A stretch of 38,936 bases of DNA from Alphaproteobacteria bacterium (GTDB lineage: Bacteria; Pseudomonadota; Alphaproteobacteria; Sphingomonadales; Sphingomonadaceae), in assembly GCA_005882415.1 (NCBI GenBank), contig VBAE01000093.1, positions 1 to 38,936 on the forward strand, written 5' to 3'. The position numbers and the translations under genes were made by a program. The stretch's first letter is position 1; each line of letters opens with the position of its first letter. Shown one piece after another: positions 19,137-29,018 of the stretch. The notes beneath the pieces are model-generated. The model did no database searches, was not told where the DNA came from, and was given only the letters and a program-made list of their open reading frames with translations.

Positions 19137-20801
19137 GTGCCGGCGGGCGATCAGCTCCATGTCTTCAGGCCCCATGAGCGGCCGCTCATGCCGGGCTCTC
19201 CGGCGACCCCGGAGCATCCGATGCCCCGGCGGATCGGCTATGCCGCGATCGGTGCCCTGGTCGCGCTCACCGCCGGCCTCAGCAACGGGCTGCTGGTCGG
19301 CAACCTCCCGCAGATCCAGGGCGCGCTCGGCCTGACCAGCGTTCAGGGCGGCTGGCTGACCGCCGCCTATTCGATGACCAACGTCTGCACCAGTTTCCTC
19401 TTGATCAAGTTCCGCCAGCAATTCGGGCTTCAGCGGATCACCCGCGTCTTCCTGCTCGGCTTCGTCCTGCTGAGCGCGCTGCAGGTGTTCGTCCACAGCT
19501 ACGGCTCGGAGCTCGCCATGCGCGCGGCGGCGGGGGTGATCGCCAGCGGATTCACCCCGCTCGGTTTCTTCTACATCATGCAGGCGATGCCGGCGAAGGC
19601 GCGGATGGGCGGGATGATCATCGGCGTCGGCCTGTCGCAGGTGGCGCTTCCGCTGGCGCGGGTGATCTCCCCTTTGCTGCTGGCCCATGGCGACATCCAG
19701 AACCTCTATCTGTTCGAATTCGGGCTGAGCCTGTTCTGCCTCGGCTCGATGGCCCTGCTCCGGCTGCCGCCGAGCGAGACCGCCGACGTGTTCGAGAGGC
19801 TCGACTTCCTGACCTTCGCTTTGTTCGCGCCGGGGCTTGCCCTGCTCACCGCCTTGCTCGTCCAGGGGCGGATCGTCTGGTGGTCGACGCCCTGGCTCGG
19901 CTATGCGCTCGCCGCCTCGATCCTGCTGATCGGCGCGGCGATGCTGATCGAGCACAACCGGGCCAACCCGATGCTCAACACGCGCTGGATGCGCACCCGC
20001 GGCGTGATCCGCTTCGCGCTCGTCGCGGCGACGGTGCGCATCCTGCTTTCCGAGCAGAATTTCGGATCGGCCGGGCTGCTCGCCACCGTCGGCATGGGGC
20101 AGGACCAGCTCGTCACCTTCTACATGGTCGTCACCGCCGCGACGCTGGCCGGGCTGGTCGCGAGCATCGCCACCCTCGACCCGCAGGATCTCTTGCGCCC
20201 GATCGTTATCTCGGTGGCGCTGATCGCGGTGGCGGCGTTCATCGACGCCCATGCCAGCAACCTCACCCGACTCGCCAACCTCTATCTCACGCAGGCGATG
20301 ATCGCCTTCGCGGCGGTCTATTTCCTCGGGCCGACGATGATGGCGGGCGTACTTCGGGCGCTGGCCAAGGGGCCGAGCCATATGGTGAGCTTCTCCGCCG
20401 TGTTCGGGATCGCCCAGACGATGGGCGGCCTCGGCGGAGCGGCCCTGCTTGGAAGCCTGCAGGTGGTTCGCGAGAAATATCATTCGCACGAGCTGGTCCA
20501 GTCGATCGTCGCCACCGACCCGCAGGTCGCCGCCCGGCTCCAGGCGCTCGGCGGCGCTTACGGCCGGGTGCTCGGCGATCCCGCGCTTCGCCAGGCGGAA
20601 GGGACGGTCCTGCTCGGTCAGCAGGTGAGCCGGGAGGCGAACATCCTCGCCTTCAACGATATCTTCCTGCTGATCGGCAGCCTGGCCTTACTTGCGTTAA
20701 TGTGGCTGGGCGGACGTTGGGTCTATCTGCGCGCCCGCAAGATCAATCCGCTCGGCCAGGAATTGGCCGCGCTTCAGCAGATGTTGGCGAACAGGCAATG
20801 A
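19137..20801 (+). CDS. MFS efflux transporter (EmrB/QacA-like)
   Basis: Many TM helices; LPQIQGALG...WLTAAY; operon with HlyD and OMF; start approximate. Confidence 0.88.
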   Translation: MPAGDQLHVFRPHERPLMPGSPATPEHPMPRRIGYAAIGALVALTAGLSNGLLVGNLPQIQGALGLTSVQGGWLTAAYSMTNVCTSFLLIKFRQQFGLQRITRVFLLGFVLLSALQVFVHSYGSELAMRAAAGVIASGFTPLGFFYIMQAMPAKARMGGMIIGVGLSQVALPLARVISPLLLAHGDIQNLYLFEFGLSLFCLGSMALLRLPPSETADVFERLDFLTFALFAPGLALLTALLVQGRIVWWSTPWLGYALAASILLIGAAMLIEHNRANPMLNTRWMRTRGVIRFALVAATVRILLSEQNFGSAGLLATVGMGQDQLVTFYMVVTAATLAGLVASIATLDPQDLLRPIVISVALIAVAAFIDAHASNLTRLANLYLTQAMIAFAAVYFLGPTMMAGVLRALAKGPSHMVSFSAVFGIAQTMGGLGGAALLGSLQVVREKYHSHELVQSIVATDPQVAARLQALGGAYGRVLGDPALRQAEGTVLLGQQVSREANILAFNDIFLLIGSLALLALMWLGGRWVYLRARKINPLGQELAALQQMLANRQ

Positions 20802-21985
20802 GCGACACGAGGATGGCGCCCCCACCCGCGGCCGATGCCACGCCGGCAGCGGCTCCACCGTCTCCGCAGCCGCACGAGCGGCTCCACGATCCGGTCGAGG
20901 TCGCCGCCGAAGCCGAGGCCCCGGCCGCCCGCGGCTGGGCGCCGCCGAGGAGCGGGATCAGGATGACGATCCTGTTCGTCGCCATCCTCCTCGCAGGCGC
21001 CCTGATCGCGCTTTACGCCTGGGGCCTGCCGCCGTTCCGCACCACCGTGCAGACCACCGACAACGCCTATGTCCGCGGCCAGACGACGGTGATCGCGCCG
21101 CAGGTCAATGGCTATGTCGTCGCCGTGCCGGTGCAGGATTTCCAGCAGGTCCAGGCCGGCCAGCCGCTGGTCCGGATCGACGACCGCATCTACCGCCAGC
21201 GGGTCCAGCAGGCGCAGGCGAACCTTGCCGCCCAGGTGGCAAGCCTCAACAATTCCCAGCAGAGCCAGCGCTCCAGCCAGGCCTCGGTCGCGGGGCAGAA
21301 TGCGGCGGTGGAGAATGCGCGGGCGCAGCTCGCCCGGGCGCAGGCGGACATGCGCCGGGTGGCGGAATTGGTCTCCCTGGGCTCGGTGTCGCTCCGCGAG
21401 CGCGATCAGACGCTGGCGGCGCTTCGCCAGGCCCAGGCCGGCGTTCGCCAGGCGGAGGCGCAGCGCGCGATCGCGCAGGAGCAGGTGCGGACGGTGACGG
21501 TCGGTCGGGGCGGCCTCGAAGCCGGGGTGGAAAATGCCCGGGCCGCGCTCCGGCTGGCCGAGATCGATCTTTCCAACACGATCATCCGGGCGCCGCAGGC
21601 GGGCCAGGTGGGCGAATTGGGGGTCCGCCTCGGCCAATATGTCACCGCCGGCTCGCAGCTCCTCTTCCTGGTGCCGAAGACGGTGTGGGTAGTGGCCAAT
21701 TTCAAGGAAGCGCAGACCGCGAAGATGGCCGCCGGGCAGCGCGCGACGGTCCGCGTCGACGCATTGGGCGGGGCCGAGCTGACCGGACGGGTCCAGCAGC
21801 TCGCTCCGGCTGCGGGGAGCGAATTCGCGGTGATCCGTCCAGACAATGCGACCGGCAATTTCGTCAAGGTGCCGCAGCGCATCGCGGTCAGGATCGCGAT
21901 CGATCCCAACCAAGCGATGGCGGCGCGGCTGAGGCCGGGCATGTCGGTCGAGGCACGGGTCGACACCGAAAGCGCCGGGCGGTGA
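20798..21985 (+). CDS. HlyD/EmrA-family membrane fusion protein
   Basis: TTDNAYV; IAPQVNGYV; DNATGNFVKVPQRIAVRI; LRPGMSV. Confidence 0.93.
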   Translation: MSDTRMAPPPAADATPAAAPPSPQPHERLHDPVEVAAEAEAPAARGWAPPRSGIRMTILFVAILLAGALIALYAWGLPPFRTTVQTTDNAYVRGQTTVIAPQVNGYVVAVPVQDFQQVQAGQPLVRIDDRIYRQRVQQAQANLAAQVASLNNSQQSQRSSQASVAGQNAAVENARAQLARAQADMRRVAELVSLGSVSLRERDQTLAALRQAQAGVRQAEAQRAIAQEQVRTVTVGRGGLEAGVENARAALRLAEIDLSNTIIRAPQAGQVGELGVRLGQYVTAGSQLLFLVPKTVWVVANFKEAQTAKMAAGQRATVRVDALGGAELTGRVQQLAPAAGSEFAVIRPDNATGNFVKVPQRIAVRIAIDPNQAMAARLRPGMSVEARVDTESAGR

Positions 21986-23382
21986 GGAAGGCGGCCGCGG
22001 CGGCCGCGGCGCTCGCCCTCGCCGCCTGCGCCGGGCCGACACCGCGTGTCCCTCCCGAGGCCGCGGTGGTGCCGCCCGCGGGCTGGCGCACCTCGCCCGG
22101 GCCGACCGCGCCGAGCGAGCGGATGTGGTGGCAGCGCTTCGGCGACCCTGCCCTCTCCCGGCTGGTCGACGCCGCCCTCGCCCGCAACACCGACATCGCC
22201 ATCGCCGCCGCCCGGGTGCGCGAGGCGCGGGCGCAGGAGGCGCTTGCACGCTCACAGCTCTTCCCCTCGCTCGACATCGGCGCCGGCCCGGTGATCGCCC
22301 GCACGATCAGCCCGCTCGGCACTCCGACCACCTCGGAATCGATCCAGCCGGTCTTCCAGGCCGCTTATGAGCTCGACCTGTTCGGCCGGGTCGGAACCCA
22401 GGTCGAGGCGGCGCGGCAGGGAACGCTCGCCAGCGAGGCCGGGCGGGACGCGGCGGCGCTTGCGGTCGCGGCGGCGACGGCGAGCGGCTACATCACGCTT
22501 CGCGCGCTCGACGCCCGGCTCGACATCGTCCGGGCGACTCTCGAATCCCGCGCCGAGGCGCTGCGCATCGCCCGCGACCGCGCCCGGGTCGGCTATACCT
22601 CTGAGTTGGAGCTTCGCCAGGCGGAGGCGGAATATGAGGCGACGGCGCAGATCGTCCCCCAGGTCCAGCTCGCCATCTCCCGGCAGGAGGATGCGCTGAG
22701 CCTGCTCGCCGGCGAGGCGCCGCGGGCGATCGAGCGGGGCGTGCCGCTGGGGGCGCTGCGGGCGCCGCCGATCCCGGACGCCCTCCCCTCCGACCTGCTT
22801 CGCCGCCGCCCCGACATCGCCCAGGCCGAATTCACCCTCGCCGCCTCCGACCGCACGCTCGCCGCGGCCCGCGCGCAATTCCTGCCCCAGGTGCGACTGA
22901 CCGGGAGTGCGGGGACCCTAGTGTCGAGCGCGCTCGGCGATCCGATCGCTCTGTGGTCGATCGGCGGGAGCATCCTCGCGCCGATCTTCAACGGCGGGCG
23001 GATCAGGGCGCAGGTCGACACCGCCGCCGCCCGCCGCGACCAGGCCGCCTTCGCCTATCGCCGGACCGCGCTCACCGCCTTCCGCGAGGTCGAGGACAAT
23101 CTCGCCGCGGTCCAGCGCCTGCGCGAGCAGCGCGCGAGCCTGGAGCGCCAGCGTGTCGCCCTCGCCGGCGCACTTCGCCACGCCCGCAACCGCTACTAGG
23201 CCGGTTACTCGCCCTATCTCGAGCAGCTCGACGCCCAGCGAAACCTGTTCAACGCCGAGCTGACCCTCGTCCAGGCCGAGGCGGACCAGTTGAACGCGCT
23301 GGTCGCACTCTATCAGGCGATGGGCGGCGGCTGGAGCGGGGTCGGGACCGCGCCCATGGAGACCGCTGGCGGGAACGGCTAG
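21982..23382 (+). pseudogene. NodT/OprM-like outer-membrane efflux lipoprotein with internal TAG at 23197
   Basis: Lipobox LAAC; YELDLFGR; LLRRRPDI; frame continues after RY* as AGYSPYLEQLDAQR...LYQAMGGGW. Confidence 0.85.
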
Positions 23383-23416
23383 GCTGGCCGGGGGGTTCGT
23401 CCTCCCGGAGGCGCTA

Positions 23417-24157
23417 ATGGAGCAAGAGCCGATGAGCGAGGCGCCGCTGCCGGCGAGCCTGATGGTGCGGGCGGCGGCGTGGGCGGTGCACGCCTTCACC
23501 GGCAGCGGCGTGGTGCTGGCGATGCTGGCGCTGCTCGCGGTCGAGCGGGGGGCGTGGACCGCGGCCCTGGCGTGGCTCGGCGTGGCCTTGATCGTCGACG
23601 GGGTGGACGGAAGCTTCGCACGTGCGGCCAAGGTGAAGGAGCGGGCCGGGCGGATCGACGGCGACGCGCTCGATCTCATCATCGACTATCTGAGCTACGT
23701 CTTCGTGCCGGCCCTGTTCATCTGGCGCGCCGGGCTGGTGCCGCCGGAGTTCGGCCTGTGGCTGGTGGCGGCGATCCTCGTCTCCGCCCTCTATTGCTTC
23801 GCGCGGCGCGACATGAAGACCGCCGACAATTATTTCCGCGGCTTCCCGGCGCTGTGGAACGTGGTTGCGCTCTATCTCTTCGTCGCGGGCATCGCCCCTG
23901 CTTACGGAGCTGCGATCGTCGCCCTGCTCGCGGTCATGACCTTCGCGCCGGTGCACTTCGTCCACCCGTTCAGGGTGCGGGATTACGGGAATTGGCTCCC
24001 TGCGCTGGCAATCCTATGGGCTGCGGCGACCGCGGCCTTGCTGTGGCCCGGCTGGGACGAGGGGGTGCGGCTGGGCCTGTTCTGGGTGTCCTCGGCCTCG
24101 GCGGCGATCCTGATCGGGCTCGGGCTGCTGAGGACGGCGCGAGGGCCGCGCGCCTAG
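23417..24157 (+). CDS. pcs: Phosphatidylcholine synthase (CDP-alcohol phosphatidyltransferase)
   Basis: VHAFTGSG; DGVDGSFAR...DGDALDLIIDY; FRGFPALWN; FVHPFRVR. Confidence 0.88.
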   Translation: MEQEPMSEAPLPASLMVRAAAWAVHAFTGSGVVLAMLALLAVERGAWTAALAWLGVALIVDGVDGSFARAAKVKERAGRIDGDALDLIIDYLSYVFVPALFIWRAGLVPPEFGLWLVAAILVSALYCFARRDMKTADNYFRGFPALWNVVALYLFVAGIAPAYGAAIVALLAVMTFAPVHFVHPFRVRDYGNWLPALAILWAAATAALLWPGWDEGVRLGLFWVSSASAAILIGLGLLRTARGPRA

Positions 24158-24336
24158 CGCGCGTGATGCTCGAGGCCGAGCTCGGCTTCGACCGTATCCG
24201 CCTGCTCCTGCGCGTGGCGCACGGCGAAATCGATGTCGGCGGCTGCAGCCGGGCTGCGCAGCGCCTCGGTCGACGGCGCGAGGTGGGTGACGAGGAGCAG
24301 CGCGGTGGCTGCGAAGCTAAACAATGCGAACTTCAT
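24154..24336 (-). CDS. Small exported hypothetical protein (60 aa)
   Basis: GGAG RBS; hydrophobic signal-like N-terminus; stop overlaps the pcs stop. Confidence 0.5.
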   Translation of the reverse strand: MKFALFSFAATALLLVTHLAPSTEALRSPAAAADIDFAVRHAQEQADTVEAELGLEHHAR

Positions 24337-24447
24337 CGGACTTGCTCCGGTTTGGGGAGCACAGCGAATAGGGCGCCACTGTCACAGCCTCATGCCGCGC
24401 AGGGAGGAGAAGTGTTTCAATTGTGTCAGCCGTGCGTTGGGACCCAA

Positions 24448-25161
24448 ATGGGCATCGTCATCGGCACGGCAGGATGGACCATTTCGCGGGAGGCGGCGGA
24501 GCGCTTTCCGGCGGAGGGGTCGTCGCTGGAGCGCTATTCGGCGCGGTTCAAAGGCGCGGAGATCAACTCCTCCTTCCACCGCCCCCACCGCGCCTCGACC
24601 TGGCGGCGATGGGCCGACAGCGTTCGGCAAGATTTCCGCTTCTCGGTAAAGCTCCCCAAGGCGATCAGCCACACCAAGCGGCTGGTCGATTGCGGTGAGG
24701 AAGTGGATCGCTTCCTAGCCGAAGCGGGAGAGCTGGGCGACAAGCTCGCCATCCTCCTCCTCCAGCTTCCGCCGAGCTTCGCCTTCGATGGGGGCCTGGC
24801 CGAGGATTTCCTCGCCGGCCTCGCCGCCCGGACCCCTGCCCGCCTGGCCTGCGAGCCGCGCCACCCGAGCTGGTTCGAGCCCGCTGCCGACGCCCTGCTC
24901 GATCGCCTGAGGGTGGCCCGCGTCGCCGCCGACCCGGCACGGGTGCCCGCGGCCGCGGAGCCCGGCGGGTGGCGGGGCCTCGCTTACTGGCGCCTGCACG
25001 GCTCGCCGGTGATGTACCGCTCCTCCTATGCCCCGGCCGCGCTCCAGGCCTATGCGGAGGCGATGCGGAACAAGGATGAAGCCTGGTGCATCTTCGACAA
25101 CACCGCCTCCTCCGCCGCCACCGCAAACGCGCTCGACCTCCTCGACCTGCTGTCCGAATGA
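24448..25161 (+). CDS. DUF72 family protein
   Basis: IGTAGW; EINSSFHRP; FRFSVKLP; LLQLPPSF; CEPRHPSW; YWRLHG; CIFDN. Confidence 0.92.
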   Translation: MGIVIGTAGWTISREAAERFPAEGSSLERYSARFKGAEINSSFHRPHRASTWRRWADSVRQDFRFSVKLPKAISHTKRLVDCGEEVDRFLAEAGELGDKLAILLLQLPPSFAFDGGLAEDFLAGLAARTPARLACEPRHPSWFEPAADALLDRLRVARVAADPARVPAAAEPGGWRGLAYWRLHGSPVMYRSSYAPAALQAYAEAMRNKDEAWCIFDNTASSAATANALDLLDLLSE

Positions 25162-25189
25162 AACGCTGAAGAAACGACATAATCGCTGC

Positions 25190-25213
25190 TGACTCCGATC
25201 TGGATCAGAGTTA
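25190..25213. promoter_or_regulatory. Operator-like inverted repeat
   Basis: TGACTCCGATC-TG-GATCAGAGTTA upstream of the three-gene unit. Confidence 0.4.
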
Positions 25214-25281
25214 TGCATCGTCTTCGGCGTGTGAGCGCCGGTGCGGCCGGGCGGGGATCCGGGCCGCAGGGGGGACAATCA

Positions 25282-25617
25282 TTGGCCTTGCTGGGAAGCA
25301 TCATTGCCTGGCTGATCGGCGGCTGGCTGCTCCTGGTCATGGGCCTGGTCGTGCTTCGGATGATCGGCGGCTCGATCAGCCTGACCGGCCTGCTCAAGCT
25401 CGAGGCGCGCGCGCCGTTCGGCTTCGACCGAATCCAGCTCGTCTTCGTTACTCTCTTCTTCGCCGGCGGCTACCTCGTCGCCGCCCTCGCACGCGGGCCG
25501 GGCGACAATCTGCCCGACATTCCGGCGCCGCTTCTGCTCATCCTTCTGGGGAGCCACGGCGCCTATCTCGGGGTCAAATATACCGCGCTTCGGGCGCGCA
25601 TGGGGAGGGAAAGATAA
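25282..25617 (+). CDS. Small 3-TM membrane protein (paralog A)
   Basis: GGGGGA RBS and TTG start; DRIQLVFVTLFFAGGYL...LPDIPAPLLLILLGSHGAYLGVK. Confidence 0.7.
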   Translation: MALLGSIIAWLIGGWLLLVMGLVVLRMIGGSISLTGLLKLEARAPFGFDRIQLVFVTLFFAGGYLVAALARGPGDNLPDIPAPLLLILLGSHGAYLGVKYTALRARMGRER

Positions 25618-26027
25618 TGCCGACCAATATCTGGGGCTGGATTTCCGCCATCGTGGCGATCGCGCTTGCGACGGTGATCGTCACCTTCGCCCTCGTCGTC
25701 GCGTGGAAGCTCGCGACCAACAAGATCGACCTTCGCTACCTGCTCGCCGAACCCGCCGGCGCGCCGCCGCCCGGCACCGACCCGAACGAGCCGCCGGGCG
25801 AACCCAAGGCAAGCGTGTCGCGCTTCCAGTTCCTGATCTTCACCTTCGTCATCGCCGGAGTCTATCTGATCCTCTGCCTGGAATCGGGGCGGTTCGTCGA
25901 GATTCCGCAGAATGTCATCCTGCTGCTCGGGGTGAGCGGCACCAGCTACGCGGCGTCCAAGGGCATCAAGGCCGCCGCCGACACCAGCCAGCGCCATGCC
26001 GACGCGGCGGCGCGAGCCAATGGCTAG
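25617..26027 (+). CDS. Small 3-TM membrane protein (paralog B)
   Basis: TAATG coupling; SRFQFLIFTFVIAGVYL...FVEIPQNVILLLGVSGTSYAASK. Confidence 0.8.
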   Translation: MPTNIWGWISAIVAIALATVIVTFALVVAWKLATNKIDLRYLLAEPAGAPPPGTDPNEPPGEPKASVSRFQFLIFTFVIAGVYLILCLESGRFVEIPQNVILLLGVSGTSYAASKGIKAAADTSQRHADAAARANG

Positions 26028-27087
26028 CCCCCCGCCCGGCACCCCCCCGCCGCCGCGCCGGCGCCGCACCACGGTGGATGCGCCGCTCGCACCGCCGCTC
26101 CGGCCGGTGCTTCATCCACGGTCGAAGCCCGGCCGGGCGCCGGGGATTATCGCAGTCCTCGCCGCAGCAGCGCCGCTCGCAGTCGCCGCGGTCGGAATGA
26201 TCGGCGACCAGCGTCCAGCGACCGCCGCTCTAGCGTCGCAGCCCGCCCCGCCCGCTGCCCCGGCCGGCCCGCCGCCCATTCTCGCCGCCGATGGCGACCT
26301 CGCGCCGCCGCCGCCCAATTCCGTCATCCCGCAATGCCTCACCCAATTCGCAATCGACCTGCCCAAGCATCGCGGCGACGATGTCGGGCGGCGGCAGACG
26401 ATCATCTGCAGGCGCGGCTACATCCTCTCCTACAACGTCGATACGCGCAGCCCGGACTGGGTGGTCGAGCGGCTCGAGCCCTCCGAGCTCCGGGGCACCG
26501 CAAGCCGCGGCAACCGCTTCCTCCACGATCCCGCGCTCCCGGCCGGGATCGACGCCGACAATCCCGACTTCCTGAAGACCGGCTTCGACAAGGGTCACCA
26601 GGCGCCGGCCGGGGATTCGAAGTTCGACCAGACGATCATGGACGAATCCTTCTACTTCACCAACATGTCGCCCCAGCGCGGCATCGGCATGAACCGCGGC
26701 GCGTGGAAATTTCTGGAGGAGACCACCCGCTCCTGGGTGCTCTGCGGCGGCCACCCGGACCTCTACGTCATCACCGGCCCGATCTACGGCACGCTGGCCG
26801 GCAACCCGGCGACCATCGGCGACCCGCCGATTGCGGTGCCGAGGGCCTATTACAAGATCGTCTACGATCCCGTCCGCGACCTCGCGGTGGGCTTCGTCCT
26901 CCCCAACACCAGGATCGGATCGCGGATCAACCTGCAGGACTATGTCGTCCGGATCACCGACATCGAGACGGAGACCGGCCTCAACTTCTTCCGCTCGATG
27001 GACCAGCGCCGCCAGGCCGAGATCAAGGACAGCCCGGGCGTTGCCTGGGGGCACACGGGGACCTGCCCGGGCGATATGGGCGACTGA
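26020..27087 (+). CDS. DNA/RNA non-specific endonuclease (NucA/EndoG His-Me family), membrane-anchored or exported
   Basis: FDKGHQAPAGD; SFYFTNMSPQ; NRGAWKFLE; VITGPIY; AVPRAYYKIV. Confidence 0.92.
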   Translation: MASPPPGTPPPPRRRRTTVDAPLAPPLRPVLHPRSKPGRAPGIIAVLAAAAPLAVAAVGMIGDQRPATAALASQPAPPAAPAGPPPILAADGDLAPPPPNSVIPQCLTQFAIDLPKHRGDDVGRRQTIICRRGYILSYNVDTRSPDWVVERLEPSELRGTASRGNRFLHDPALPAGIDADNPDFLKTGFDKGHQAPAGDSKFDQTIMDESFYFTNMSPQRGIGMNRGAWKFLEETTRSWVLCGGHPDLYVITGPIYGTLAGNPATIGDPPIAVPRAYYKIVYDPVRDLAVGFVLPNTRIGSRINLQDYVVRITDIETETGLNFFRSMDQRRQAEIKDSPGVAWGHTGTCPGDMGD

Positions 27088-27103
27088 GAAGGCGCTTGCC
27101 TCC

Positions 27104-27745
27104 TCAGCTGTAGAAAATGTGCAACCCGATCTTCGACTCGCGGTTGAGCTGCTTGCCCCATGCCGGCGCGACATAGTCGGCGTGGTACCACATCACGTCG
27201 GCGGGGACCGCGTCGACGATATCGGCGGTGGCGATCTTCGCGATGGCGACGGCCTTGCGCCAGGCCTCGGTCGCCTTGTCCGGGGTCGGGAAGCGGCCGT
27301 TCTGGATGAACGAGAATTGGGCGTGCTGGGTGACGACGGCGCAGATCGTGTCCGGATAGCGGCGCGAGACGACCCGGTTCAGCACGACGTCGGCGACCGC
27401 GAGCTGGCCGTCGATCGGCTCGCCGCGGCTCTCGAAATAGACGGCGCGGGCGAGGCATTCCTGCTCGGCGTCCGACGTCGCGTCGGCGGCGTTGGCGGCG
27501 ACCAGCGCCTCGAGCTTGGGATCGGCCGGCGCGGCGGCCTCGGCGGCAGCAGCGGGCGCACCCTCCGGCGTGAAGGCGGAGACGACACGGTCGACGAAGC
27601 CGGAGAGGAGGCCCGACTCCTGCGACTGAACCGCGGAGCCGGAGGTGCCGCGCTCGTGAGCCTCGGAAGGCGCGGAAAGGCTTGCACCGGCGACAAGCGC
27701 CAGCGCAGCCGCGGTCAAGCCCGCGGCGCGAACGATCCTGATCAT
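27104..27745 (-). CDS. SleB/Hydrolase_2 cell wall hydrolase
   Basis: CLARAVYFESRGE; GQLAVADVVLNRV; QFSF; YHADYVAPAW; IGLHIFY. Confidence 0.92.
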   Translation of the reverse strand: MIRIVRAAGLTAAALALVAGASLSAPSEAHERGTSGSAVQSQESGLLSGFVDRVVSAFTPEGAPAAAAEAAAPADPKLEALVAANAADATSDAEQECLARAVYFESRGEPIDGQLAVADVVLNRVVSRRYPDTICAVVTQHAQFSFIQNGRFPTPDKATEAWRKAVAIAKIATADIVDAVPADVMWYHADYVAPAWGKQLNRESKIGLHIFYS

Positions 27746-28028
27746 CGACTCTCTTGTCTGTGCGGCAGCCGATCCCCCGGATGCGAGAACCGCATCCTGA
27801 TCGCCCCCCCGTCTCGCGTCGCGGCAGCCTCAGTGGCTGCGGCGATTCGCTCTCGCTAAGTGCTGAGGGGCCAATGACTTATCGCCCGCTCCGCAGCAAT
27901 GGGCTGAGGGCGGCGAAGCGATGAACCGTGTGATGCAGGAGACACAGCGAAAATAAATTCGATTCCGCTTGGAACTTTTCCCGATTTTGTGGCTCCGGCG
28001 CTACGAAAAATCGAAAAACCCAGCAGGA

Positions 28029-28550
28029 TCAGCCGCTTGGCGCCGCCGCCTGGTTTCCGTCGGCGGGCGGGGTCGGAAGGTCGTTGCCGGCGATGAACTT
28101 CACATAGGCGCCTTCGACCCAGCCCGACTTGCACGGCCCGGCATAGGCCGCGGCCGCATTGACCGGATCCGACACCCCGCAGCTTTGGGCCAGCGAACCG
28201 CCTTGGTCATAGACGACGCCGAACCATTTTTGGTCCAGCGAGCGGCTGCAGATGAAGAAGCGCCCCCCCGATGCGATCTTCCCCACGGCGGCGCCATTGT
28301 CGAACGGCGCCGCCCGGACGGGGAGGTCCTGCGCTTGCTCGAGCTTGCGGGTGGTGCCGGCGGCGGCGCAGGCGGCGAAGGCGGGGCCGAACTCGCCGAT
28401 CCTGACAGGCCGCGTTCCGGGCGTGAGCGCGGTCGGCGCGTCGTCTCCGGCGGCCGCATTGTTGGCCGATTCGCTATAGGGAACGGGATCCCCGCAGGAG
28501 GCGAGGGCCAGGCTAAGGAGAAACCCGAAGGGCAATGACGCGCGCCGCAT
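28029..28550 (-). CDS. Hypothetical lipoprotein with SH3-like domain
   Basis: Lipobox LASC; VRAAP...KWFGVVY...YAGPCKSGWV. Confidence 0.7.
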   Translation of the reverse strand: MRRASLPFGFLLSLALASCGDPVPYSESANNAAAGDDAPTALTPGTRPVRIGEFGPAFAACAAAGTTRKLEQAQDLPVRAAPFDNGAAVGKIASGGRFFICSRSLDQKWFGVVYDQGGSLAQSCGVSDPVNAAAAYAGPCKSGWVEGAYVKFIAGNDLPTPPADGNQAAAPSG

Positions 28551-28610
28551 GTCGCCCTTGTGGCGCGGGCGCGCGGAAAAATCTACGATCTCGGTCAAGG
28601 AGTCGCCGCC

Positions 28611-29018
28611 ATGGCCCATTGGCTGATGAAATCCGAACCCGGAAACTATTCCTGGGACGACCTCGTCCGCGACGGCGGCACCGAATGGGATGGGGTGAGA
28701 AACCCCGCCGCCCGGCTCCACCTGCGAGCGATGAAGGCGGGCGACGAGGCGTTCTTCTACCATAGCGGCGCCGACAAGGCGGTGGTCGGCGTCATGCGCA
28801 TCGCCCGCGAAGCCGCGCCGGACCCGAAGGATGCGGACTGGGTCTCGGTGCGGGTCGAGCCCGTCCGCCCCCTCCCCCGCCCGGTCGCGCTCAAGACGAT
28901 CAAGGCCGAGCCCGACCTCGCCGCCCTCGAGATGCTCCGCCAGTCGCGCCTGTCGGTGAGCCCGGTGCGCGACGAGGAATGGGCGGCGATCCTCGCGCTT
29001 GGGGAGGAAGGGCCATGA
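28611..29018 (+). CDS. EVE domain protein
   Basis: HWLMKSEP; WDGVRN; MKAGDEAFFYHS; SRLSVSPV. Confidence 0.93.
   Translation: MAHWLMKSEPGNYSWDDLVRDGGTEWDGVRNPAARLHLRAMKAGDEAFFYHSGADKAVVGVMRIAREAAPDPKDADWVSVRVEPVRPLPRPVALKTIKAEPDLAALEMLRQSRLSVSPVRDEEWAAILALGEEGP

Noticed and set aside
17558-20489. ORFs 17558..19177 (+) and 18531..20489 (-)
   Set aside because: Antisense shadows of the M20 peptidase and MFS genes
23197-23199. Pyrrolysine or recoded TAG
   Set aside because: TAG is used as a normal stop by many genes here; no pyl genes seen
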